Shown here: one piece after another, positions 53,158 to 64,000 of the stretch
Position numbering within the stretch: position 1 is the first letter of the stretch
Layout of the letters: each line of letters begins with the position of its first letter
Assembly (NCBI RefSeq): GCF_006345805.1
Contig: NC_042999.1
Span: 66,030,001 to 66,094,000, forward strand
DNA: 64,000 nucleotides
Source: Octopus sinensis
Lineage: Eukaryota
Direction of reading: 5' to 3'
Program-made: the position numbers and the translations under genes
Notes under the pieces: generated by a model
What the model saw: the letters and a program-made list of their open reading frames with translations, nothing else
What the model was told of the DNA's origin: nothing
Databases searched by the model: none

Positions 53158-53388
53158 TTTCTTTACTGCCCACAAGAGGCTAAACATAGAGGGGACAAAC
53201 AAGGACAGACGAAGGGATTAAGCCGGTTACATCGACCCAGTGCATAACTGGTACTTAATTTATCGACCCCGAAAGGATGAAAGTTAAAAATCGACCTCGG
53301 CGGAATTTGATCTCAGAACGTATTGACAGACGAAATACGGCTACGCATTTCGCCCGGCGTGCTAACGTTTCTGCCAGCTCGCCGTCTT
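53158..53388 (-). mobile_element. family A SINE
   Basis: Full alignment to 5355-5585 in reverse. Confidence 0.92.
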
Positions 53389-53439
53389 TCTGATTTCAAT
53401 ATATAAACACACACGTGTATGTGTGTGCACGTGTGTATG

Positions 53440-53492
<53 letters not shown>

Positions 53493-53764
53493 CTATATAT
53501 ATATATACATATGCATACATACATTTATATGGGGGCAAAATATAAGGTGTGCGTTGTGTTACATAAATGTTATTTCACATATTTAATATAACAAACGGAA
53601 AACATACACATATATATACACATGTACGTATAGGTTTGTGTGTGAAGTAACAAATCATAATTTTTTGTAATATAATGATTCTAACATTGTTGTTGTTGCG
53701 ATTATTATTTTTGAGTGAGAGAGCAGCGCCTCCCATGAGAATGATACTGGGTTACAAATATAAG

Positions 53765-54270
53765 ATACTTCGTCTACCCTTACGTTCTGAGTTCAAATTG
53801 CACCAAGCTCTACTTTGCCTTCATCGTTTTCGGGATCGATAAAATAATTACTGGTCTTCTACAGACATCTGTAACCTATTTTATTACTATTTCTGTTAGT
53901 TTTGAACGGCGTGCAGGTAAAATCCGTAGCACTCTGGACAAAATTCTTAACAACATTTTATATGTCGTTACATTTAGAGTTCAAATTTCACTGAGGGCGA
54001 TTTTCTTTTCGGAGCGAGGAAATAAGTACTAATCATGCACTGGTGTTGATATAATTAACTAACCTCTACTTCCAAATATCAAACCTTCTTCTTATAGTAC
54101 AATGGATTACTGTTATTTCTAATAAGGTGACGAGCTTGTACAATCGATTGTGTGTCAAAGAAAACGATTATCCGGAATTCGTCCGGCTATTTATGTCCTG
54201 ATTTGAAATTCTACCGAGAACGTATTTGCATTTTATTCCTACGGAGCTCAATAATGTAAGTATAAATTGA
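53765..54270 (+). mobile_element. cluster of about 3 highly decayed family A SINE relics
   Basis: Repeated GAGTTCAAAT and GATAAAATAA(G)TAC remnants. Confidence 0.5.
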
Positions 54271-55737
54271 ACATTGGGGTCGTCGTCATCGTCTTATCCC
54301 CTATGCTAAACTTGCTCGCATTGCGATAAAAATTCAAAAGGATATTCTTATTGCTGTTATTTTTCCCCATAACATTCTTGTAATCTATCATCATAGGATT
54401 AAGGATGTGTGTGTGTCCTAATGCAGCAAAAAGGGAAATGAATGTGGACAAGTCGAGAAATTCACAGATAAGGACGAGGCACTATCGTCGGCGATAACAA
54501 AATAGAATATTTACTAGCATTCCAGCTCGAACGAATCCTGCCCGCAATGTTAGACTTTATAATAAATTTTTCCATTAATTGAATATGTAGTCCTTTCGTA
54601 CATGATAAACATGTATATTTAAAATAATCAGAAATTTAAATTAAATAATGGACCAGAATTACTAAGTAGAAAATCAAATATACATAGAATAATTAAGAAA
54701 GTTTACCTGCGGATATTTTGCATTCTCTGCCAAGTTCTCTGATTAATCATGTGCATGTATAATTTCCTTGTATTTTCCTGTTGAAAGTCTAGCGAGTTTT
54801 ATAAACACAGTAGCTTCATTAGAGCATTATTTCTTATATTCTTAAATTAATCATACTTAAACCTGTCCATGACGAAAGGTAACTAAGTAAAGAAGATCCG
54901 GTTTTTCAGTCGCGTAAATCATTCTTAGCCTATATTTTCTTCTTACGCCTACTTCCTCACAGCTGCGTACTCCCACCCACGTTTTGAAGAGTGTGAGGTT
55001 TAAGGGGAGAGGTGTTTTGCTGGTATTGCACGACTCCATAGGCTTCCACACGTGGGCGCGAAATGTGTTGTCAGCCCAATATTTATTTACATTCTTTTAT
55101 TTATAGTTTTATAAGTACATCAAGATCTAATCCCCAAAGAAATCATTGCACGCCTTCTCAAAAGCTTATTAATGCTTAAGTCATCTAGTTCCTATTTTTA
55201 AGGGTTTCACGAAAAGCCTGATTGGGGACCCAACCTTTGGAGTTCTTCTACTAAGCTTAGAAAAATTGAAGGAGCGCTGCAATAAGTGTGTGAATCTGTA
55301 GGGGAATATGTTAAATAAAATCATAATTAATTGATCCTCTTGATTCTTCTTTTACCCAAAGCCAGAAACTTTTCAGCACCACATTGTGTGTATATGTGTG
55401 TGTGTGCATATGAGTGTGTCTGTCTGTTTATGCACGTATGAATATATGTATGTGCCTTATATTTATTTCAACCATTAGACTGCAGCAAATACTTGTTTTT
55501 TTAAAGTAATATTTATATAATTTTCTTCTAGCGAACCTCTAGAGTCATGCGACCAAGACAAAAGTCGTTGTCGAACGCCAAGGTGTACACACTCAACGGA
55601 AACACAAAGAAAAAATACATTTATGCATACATATACGCTCATAAATGAATATGCGACTATATATATATATATATATATATATGTAATATTTATATACAAA
55701 TCCATGCACACACACACAGATACACACCTGTATATAA

Positions 55738-55966
55738 ATTTCTTTATTACCCACAAGGGATTAAACATAGTGGGGACAAACAAGAACAGACAAACGGAAT
55801 AAGTCGATTACATCGACCCTAGTGCGTAACTGGTACTTTATTTTATCGACCCCTAAAGGACGAAATGCAAAGTCGACCTCAGCGAAATTTGAACGCAGAA
55901 CGTAACAGCAGACGAAATACGGCTACGTATTTCGCCCGGCGTGCTAGCGGTTCTGCACCTCGCCGC
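55738..55966 (-). mobile_element. family A SINE
   Basis: Full alignment to other copies. Confidence 0.9.
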
Positions 55967-55974
55967 GTATATTT

Positions 55975-56082
<108 letters not shown>

Positions 56083-56083
56083 C

Positions 56084-56115
<32 letters not shown>

Positions 56116-56213
56116 ATATTATATATATATAATATATATATATATATGTTGTGTGTGTGTGTGTGTGTGTCCGTGTGTGTATGCATACCTATATATATAT
56201 ATATATATATAGT

Positions 56214-56530
56214 GAGGGCGCGTGGCTTAGTGGTTAGGGCATTCGGCTCATGATCGTAAGGTTGTGAGTTCGATTCCCGGCGACGCGTTGTGTCCTGAGC
56301 AAGACGCTTTATTTCACGTTGCTCCAGTCCACTCAGCTGGCAAAAATGAGTTGTACTTGTATTTCAAAGCGTCAGCCTTGTCACTCTCTGTGTCACGCTG
56401 ATTATCCCCGTGAACTACGTTAAGGGTACACGTGTCTGTGGAATGCTCAGCCATTTGCACGTAATTTCACGAGCAAGCTGTTCCGTTGATCGTATCAGCT
56501 GGGACCCTCGTCGTCGTAACCGGCGGAGTC
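56214..56530 (+). mobile_element. tRNA-derived CORE-type SINE (OR2-like), family D
   Basis: TGGCTTAGTGG A box, GAGTTCGATTCCC B box, TGTGTCCTGAGCAAGACGCTTT CORE-like block. Family name tentative. Confidence 0.85.
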
Positions 56531-56537
56531 TATAAAA

Positions 56538-56603
<66 letters not shown>

Positions 56604-57393
56604 ACATACCTATATATATACTTATATATTTACATAAGGTTTTCACGTATCTGACGGAGAGTCAACGTGGGTGCATAGTACTTTAACTGGTGAATATTTA
56701 AAGAGTGTATGATTGTAATTTTATTCTTACATCAAAATGGGAACTATATCGATATAACATTGATGAATCATCACTAAAATTGCTTTATAACCTTAAATGA
56801 TCTTTCTTATTTCATTTTGGATTTGTTCCACTCAGATTCAGAGCCTAGAATAAAACTTTAAATACAGGTCATTCGACAACCCGGCCAGGAAACAAGATAC
56901 ACGCGTCAATTACACACAGGTTAAAGATGTTTAACGTGAATAGTTCTCTTGTGTAGGCATAGAAAGGTTAAATAGCTGAAGAGTTCAATTAATTACAGCA
57001 GGAATTTATTATTAGTTGAGTCTGCTACCTGCTATCACTACCACCACCACCACCGCTATTGTTGCTGTTGTTTCCGTTCTATAATTTAAAGACAAATATC
57101 GACCTGACGTGGAATTCTCTCTTTATAACAATTTACAAGATTCATTCCGTGCAAAGAGTTTAATTCAGATTTCAGAAGAATCAAATATTAATTGATTCCC
57201 AATAGTAAAGATTAAAGGTGGCTAATTTAATTTTATTTTTAATACAAACTTCCACAATGTGTAACTTCATTTACTGATATTCTCAATATAGTATGAGATA
57301 ATAATCTTCCACCGGTAAAAATTATTTAAAAAATGTTTAGTTAACTGCCCCCCAACACGAATAATGCCCTAACGACTACGCCACGAGCGTGTG

Positions 57394-57425
<32 letters not shown>

Positions 57426-57671
57426 ATATATGTATACATATATATATATTATATAGGTATACATATATATATATATATAGGTATATATATATATATATTA
57501 TATAGGTATATATATATTATATAAGTAATATATATATTTAATAAGTATATATATAATATATTATATAGGTATTATATATATTATGTAGTATATATATATA
57601 TATTATGTAGGTATATATATATATGTATATAATATATAAGTATATATATATATATATATTATATATGTATA

Positions 57672-57790
57672 TCACGTGATCACGTGACCGACCAGACCAT
57701 CAGATGTTGTTACACATCGCTGGTCACAATGCGTTCGCATTGTTTTAGCCTTCGAATAACGCCACCCCGCTGGCTAAGCGAGCAGGTCAA
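57672..57790 (-). mobile_element. isolated tail 3 fragment
   Basis: Aligns to 59903-60012. Confidence 0.8.
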
Positions 57791-57812
57791 ATATATGTAT
57801 ATACATAATATA

Positions 57813-57857
<45 letters not shown>

Positions 57858-57974
57858 ATATATATTATATATATCTTACATGTATATGTATGTATATACG
57901 TATATGTCTTATATATATATCACATGTATGTATACACACATACACATACGCATATATATATATATATATATGCG

Positions 57975-58545
57975 ATGACTCTTTTGAAGTTCCAAGTGTT
58001 TTGCATGCAAAATTTGTTTCAACTGTCATGGTTTTCGAAGATATCAGCAATGAAGGATATGTGATGTCTCCTTATTTCTTTCTACAAGGATTAGAGCTAA
58101 CTCTGCCGCCTACATTGAGATCCTGGAAATAATTGCTAAGCCCTGAAGGCCATATGTGTTTCAGTAAGACTCTGAACTATCACACATCGCTCTAGTACAA
58201 GAGGAAGGGATGGCTGTAAAATTTTCATGATCGTAAAACCCCTAACATTTGGCCTCAATCCATTGGGCTATTAAATGTGGAGCGTTTTTGAGACAGAGGT
58301 CAATGAACACGCCCCTTAACACCAAAGATACTTTGAAAACTAGCATAGTCAGAGCAAAGTCCCAAGTGTACAAGGACCATTTGATTCGAGCATGTAGGTG
58401 ATTGAGATCTCATATACAAGCAGTTGTTAAAGCTGAAGTGGCTTTATTGAATAACATTATAGAAAAGAAGGTTTATTTTATCCGTATAGCATTTTGATAT
58501 AATATAAATAAATATCTGTTATATACTATATATATATATATAAAC

Positions 58546-58600
<55 letters not shown>

Positions 58601-58650
58601 TAGATATCTGTTTGTTTTATAAACATAATTCTGTCATCAAATATCTTACG
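57975..58650 (+). mobile_element. maT/DD37D-like mariner remnant, 3' half
   Basis: Decayed TVMV..SNEGYVM.PYFF.QG...AAYIEILE...FQ*DS...LNPLGY...EAEGGFIE*-type sequence. Third-Asp region deleted, so the spacing is not verifiable. Confidence 0.75.
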
Positions 58651-58677
58651 CAAATCTACCTATCTATCTCTCTCTCA

Positions 58678-58708
<31 letters not shown>

Positions 58709-58718
58709 CTATAATATA

Positions 58719-58768
<50 letters not shown>

Positions 58769-58781
58769 CATACTATATACA

Positions 58782-58827
<46 letters not shown>

Positions 58828-58860
58828 CATATATACATATATATGCATATATTTATTGTT

Positions 58861-58930
58861 AAAGGCGGTGCTCCAGCATGGCCACAGTCAAATGACTGAA
58901 ACGAGTAAAAGAGTAAAAGAGGGAAAGAGT
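58861..58930 (+). mobile_element. family C SINE 3' tail fragment
   Basis: GGCGGTGCTCCAGCATGGCCACAGTCAAATGACTGAAAC. Confidence 0.85.
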
Positions 58931-59368
58931 ATATATAGACACATATCAATACGGAGCAATTCACGAGAATAATAATTCACATATCCACGGATAGAAAGAG
59001 TGAGTTAGTGAGGGAGTGAATGAGAGATTTACACACATATACACACACACAAATACCACACACACGCACACATATATATGTATATATATATGAATGTATA
59101 CACATATACATATATGACTGCCTGTAGCTATGTAGTGATGTAGTTTTTGTATACATTTGCATATATATCTCCGTGTAAACCTGATTAATATTTCGAAAGT
59201 TTTAATCTAAATATATACGAAAAATTTAATCGAGAAATAATTAAACAAGTTACCTAAAAGTAAATAAAACTAAAAATACAAGGAAATCATGCTTCAGGTT
59301 TTACGGGAAATGACAGTTGGGTGGTAAAACAATTTTGTTAAGTTTCGATACTAACGGGATTATTATAT

Positions 59369-59583
59369 ATTTCTTTGCTGCCCACAAGGGGCTTAACATA
59401 GAGGGGACAAACGAGGTCAGACGAAGGGATTAAGTCGATTACATCGACCCCAGTGCGAAACAGGTACTTTATTTATTGACCTCGAAATGATGAAAGGCAA
59501 AGTCGACCTCAGCAGAATTTGAACTCAGAGCGTAACGACTGACGAAATGCCGCTAAGCATTTCGCCCGGCGCGCTAATGTTTC
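59369..59583 (-). mobile_element. family A SINE lacking its extreme 5' end
   Basis: Alignment to other copies. Confidence 0.88.
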
Positions 59584-59635
59584 TTTCATTATAGAACGCC
59601 ACTGTGCTCTTCTGTTTCTCTCTGATATTTTTTCT

Positions 59636-59867
59636 TTTACTCTTATATTTGCTTCAAACATTTTACTGTGGCCATGCTGGAGCAATGCCTTTAGTAGAAC
59701 AAATCGACCCCAGGACTTATTTCTTGTAAGCCTAGTACTTATCCTATCGACTCTTTTTGCCAAACCGCTAGGTTACGGGGACCTAAACACATGGATATAG
59801 GTTGCTAAGAGATAGAGGGGGCAAACACAAGCACATACATATAAACATACATACATACATACGTACA

Positions 59868-59902
<35 letters not shown>

Positions 59903-60390
59903 CACCGTGACCGTCCAGGCTATCAGATGTTGCTACACATCGCTGATCATTATGCGCTTTGCATTGTTTTAGACTTCAAATGACGCCACCCCGCTGGCTA
60001 AGCGAGCAGGCCAACAGAAGAGTGAGAGAAAGTTGTGGCTAAAGAGTACACCAGGGATCGTCCCCCCCCCCTGCCGGAGCTTCGTGGAGGTTTAGGTGTT
60101 TTCGCTCAATAAAAACTCACAACGCCCGGTCTGGGAATCGAAACCGCGATCCTACAACTGCGAGTCCGTTGTCTTAACTACTGGGTCATTGCGCCTCCAC
60201 ATATATGTATATCTGTATGTGTATACGTATATACGACAAGCTCCTTTCAGTTTCTCTCTAACGAATTCACTCACAAGGCTTTGGGTGGCCCGAGGCTATA
60301 GTAGATGTCACTTGCCCAAACTGCCACGCACTGGGATTGAACCCAGAACCATGTGGTTGAGAAGCTTCTTACCACACAGCCAATCCTACG
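59636..60390 (-). mobile_element. family C SINE split by a nested family B SINE
   Basis: 3' half at 59636-59830 and 5' half at 60232-60390 in the same orientation. Confidence 0.8.
59903..60200 (-). mobile_element. family B SINE with tail 3
   Basis: GTGGAGGCGCAATGACCCAG head; tail distinct from tails 1 and 2. Confidence 0.88.
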
Positions 60391-60559
60391 CCTGGTTCAT
60401 AGATAATCTATATCGTTTAGCATCTTATAACGAACTGTTCATTAATAGTTTGGCATGTATAAAAGGAGTTATATTTTAAGAATACATTTTGTAGGATTTA
60501 AATGGGGTTTTCAATAGCTGTTTTGGCAGAGAAAATCCAGAGTGCGCGATGCTATTATA

Positions 60560-61020
60560 TTACTGTTCAAAAGAAATGTTTATCCAGCTGGCAATCATTG
60601 TTATGAAGCCGATTGCATCTGTCTAAAAATATCAGATGATTGATGTGTTCATCAACCAGTCCCCTTCAAAATTTGCATCAAATTCGGAAAATATTTTTCG
60701 AGACACTCGAATGGTTCTCTAGAGCTTTTGGCAAATAATCTTCAAATAGAACTGTTGTTTTGAATGCAGTTTGCATTCAAGGCCTTGAAACTGAAAAAAA
60801 AAAACCTGGGCGAACGCTCACATATAAAATGTCAGAAAATGTGAGGATATTTTGAGACCTCATTGATAAGGATCTTCACTAAAATATTCAACACCCTTCA
60901 CATGGCTTTAATCACGATGACTTCCTGGACGAAATGATGATCATGCATCGAAATTCAAAGGAATTTGTACAGCAGCACTAGACACTCGATCCAAAAAATA
61001 GTGCAATGACGTGTACCGTG
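60560..61020 (+). mobile_element. possible highly decayed Tc1/mariner fragment
   Basis: KKKKPGRTL...SENV...KDL resembles the GRPR linker region. No intact motifs. Confidence 0.3.
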
Positions 61021-61152
61021 AACATCTTCAAACGGCTTGACAACAAAAACAGCAACAAAATGACAGCAACAGCAAAAACAACAACGGCAACAATATCAAC
61101 CACAAGAACGACAAAAATAACAACAACAATGACAACGGCAACAACAACTCAT

Positions 61153-61580
61153 GTGAAGGCGCAATGGCCCAATGGTTAGGGCAGCGGACCCGAGGTCGTA
61201 AGAACGCCGTTTCGATTCCCAGACCGGGCATTTTGAGTGTTTATTGAGCAAAAAAACCTAAACTCCACGAGGCTCCGTCATGGAGGGGGGGTGAAACCCG
61301 CTGTACTCTTTCATCACAACTTCCTCTCATTCTGTCTTCCTTCTTTTGCCACAAAGTAGAGGAACCATGATGTAACCCACTATGGTGTAGTAAACTTTCA
61401 CACCCTATTCTAGATTGCGAATCCTCTGTAACCCAGGATGGTTCGGCTCTCCACCCGTTAAAAGTCACCGTTTACGGAATGAGGATAAGAAAGTAGCTTT
61501 TGCACCCGTGCAACCGCCAGTGTATCGCGTGTGGTGGGTGGATCTTCAAGCATTCTTAGTAGCTTAGAGTAGGCTCGAAT
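61153..61580 (+). mobile_element. family B SINE with tail 1
   Basis: Aligns to the reverse complement of 5745-6186. Confidence 0.9.
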
Positions 61581-61757
61581 ATATTTTGTGGCTAATGGCG
61601 TGAGTCCTGATTAGAAGAAGAAGAAGAGGAGGAGAGCAGTGAATGTTATATTTAAGGACATGATCTGAATAAAAACGTACAGTAACTTCAAGGGAAATAA
61701 CCATAGTTAAGAAACAAAGACACAAAGCAAGGAGGGTGTGTATTGAAAATGAAAGCA

Positions 61758-61835
61758 GTCTATCGCTTATGGTAGGTGGATCTTCAAGTTGCCACACGCA
61801 TTCTTAGTAGCTTAGAGTAGGCTCAAATTAGAGAT
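61758..61835 (+). mobile_element. 78-bp 3' end of tail 1 flanked by 34-bp direct repeats
   Basis: AAAGCA(A/C)GGAGGGTGTGTATTGAAAATGAAAGCA at 61724-61757 and 61836-61869. Confidence 0.85.
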
Positions 61836-62453
61836 AAAGCACGGAGGGTGTGTATTGAAAATGAAAGCATGAGTACGTTTTTGTAATCATAGTCAAGGGC
61901 AACAATTATAAAGAGATTGTTTCTCATAGAGATGAAATAACATCTGCCTTTTGCACGATTGTGGGTTTTTTTCTGTTCTTGGGCGCTGTGCAACAACAAA
62001 AAGAAAAGAGACGAATATAAGATAACATTCCGATGTTCGGTTTGGAAACTATTTGGCTGATAAATCTATCAAATTCATCGACGAATCAGAGGCTCCTTCT
62101 TTATAAAGCACTTATTCAATTGTCATCATTCCTGCATCAAGATGATGCAGTGTTTCTACAAAGGTAATATGATTGTGGTTCAACATAATTCGTGATCGTC
62201 TCGCTTATCTCATGGTGATGCTCCTGCATACCGGAAAATTACATTGAAACTCAAATACTGCAACATTGAGTCGGTAGATACAATTCATATAAAAATAGTA
62301 GCGTTATTGAGTAGCTTTCGAAACGAAATTTCTGTGTGTTTCCGTATTAATTGAGCATGTTCCAAAGATAATTATATTGAAGAGAGTGGTGACCGAATAT
62401 AAAGCATGTATCAAAATAAAGGTTTTTTTCTTGAAAACTGGTATATTTGTGTG

Positions 62454-62682
62454 TTTCTTTATTACCCACAAGGGGCTAAATATAGAGGGGACAAACAAGG
62501 ATAGACAAACGGATTAAGTCGATTACATCGACTCCAGTGCGTAACTGGTACTTAATTTTATCGACCCCTTAAGGATGAAGGGGAAAGTCGACCTCGGCAG
62601 AATTTGAACTCAGAACGTAACGGCAGACGAAATACGGCTCACATTTCGCCCGGCGTGCTAACGTTTCTGCCAGCTCACCGTC
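62454..62682 (-). mobile_element. family A SINE
   Basis: Full alignment to other copies. Confidence 0.92.
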
Positions 62683-63302
62683 TGGTATATTTATAGGTTC
62701 GAGTCTTGAAACTTCCCACTTCACTTCCTATTATACCATTATGTGGTACTTTTGAATTTGCACTTTGGCGGTGAAATACAACTTTTGTTTGCACTGATTC
62801 CAAAGAGACGTAAAATCTCATAATACCGAGAGTGTAACATAAAAGCTTAACTTTTAAATGGACCAGTGTACCGTTCCTTTAAATCCTGGTTTCTTCCAAG
62901 TACGTGTTAGCGTTTGTCGATAAGTCTAGTCAGGAGGCTGCTATGGATAAGAAGTAAAACTCTGGCACAAACATTTTAAAGACGTTTCATTGAGAAATGG
63001 GAAACCAGTTGTTCATTCGGTACGTTAAGACGTCTCTTTTACTTTTCAATAATTATCTCCAAATGCGACTAATTAAAACAAGACAGAAGACACTAAAGTA
63101 GAAAAGAAGTGTTGAAAGAAAAAAAGAAAGAAAGAAGGAAAGACAGAAAGATTTACATGAGGCAATGACGGCGACATTGATGTTAATTTGGTCCGCGGTT
63201 TCATTTGTGTTGCTGGAAAGTCATTTTTGTTTCCGGAGTTCGCGTTTCACTCACGGTCTTCGACAATGCATTCCTTCTGAGGATTTCGCAACTTTGTTTA
63301 TA

Positions 63303-63700
63303 GTTGTGTTGCTGTTGCTGTTGAGCGAAGCGGTCTTAGTCCCAGAGCTCGCAAGATCGCGCCTCTGTAGTGGGAGAAGTCCGAATCGTGGTCCTTGACT
63401 ATTCGTAAGACTCGCAGAAGAGAAAGCAGGTCAACCCCCGACACAGAGAGCATCGACGGATGGACGACTGTGCATACAGACTCAGCGGTTGCGTAGGAAG
63501 TCGGGGACAAGAAACAGGAAGAAAGAGTGAGAGAAAGTTCGGACGAAAGAGTACAACAGGGGTCGCCCCCCTGCCGGTGCCTCGTGGATCTTTAGGTGTT
63601 TTCGCTCAATAAACACACCCAACGCCCGGTCTGGGAATCGAAACCGCAATCCTCCGACCGCGAGTCCGCTGCCCTAACCATTGGGCTATTGCGCCTCCAC
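63303..63700 (-). mobile_element. family B SINE with tail 2, full length
   Basis: Head GTGGAGGCGCAATAGCCCAATGG; tail shared with 39652-39941. Confidence 0.9.
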
Positions 63701-63924
63701 TTATGGTTGTGTGTTCTAGGGTGATGTCCTGATTACTCTAATGTCAGGATTCTGCTAATCGCTATGGTTTTGAATGCTACCCATCATCTACCCTCATAGA
63801 GCTATTTTTTGCTAGTCACTGACTATTCTCTTCACTGTAACAAGCTTGCTATGTGCATAATTCCTGACCGATCCAGTATTGTTTGCAACAGAATGGGTAT
63901 TAAAGGAATTGTTACACATTTTAA

Positions 63925-63986
<62 letters not shown>
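63925..63986. repeat. (TAG)n microsatellite
   Basis: Direct inspection. Confidence 0.97.
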
Positions 63987-64000
63987 CTCTTGTAAAACAT

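Noticed and set aside
54857-55051. GC-richer segment as a possible first exon
   Set aside because: No clear promoter, the donors are weak and there is no recognised product.

Overview
Very AT-rich, repeat-dominated animal genomic DNA, most consistent with an octopus (cephalopod) genome judged from the tRNA-derived SINE families I recognise; that assignment is from memory, not a search. I found no confident host protein-coding gene, only weak candidate minus-strand exons, and most ORFs in the track are microsatellite translations. The window contains kb-scale (TA)n arrays, about 25 SINE copies or fragments from 4 head/body types, a near full-length frameshifted CR1-like LINE (32.3-36.6 kb) with a tail-to-tail 5'-truncated relative, an internally deleted L1/Tx1-like LINE, mariner, Tc1 and maT remnants, a MITE-like hairpin and several Penelope-like element (PLE) remnants. 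The best hidden signal is a set of 8 type-I hammerhead-ribozyme-like motifs. Two of them sit 479 nt apart in a non-coding ~475-bp tandem repeat (57-1245), a retrozyme-like layout. A 3-copy family carries a fixed U at core position 6. Other points of interest are a LINE ORF1 with a Myb/SANT-like domain plus a CCCH finger, a covarying 3' stem-loop shared by the LINE and one SINE family, and one SINE head found with three different 3' tails. Homopolymer and indel noise suggests some regions derive from unpolished long reads. Coordinates and identities were read by eye.
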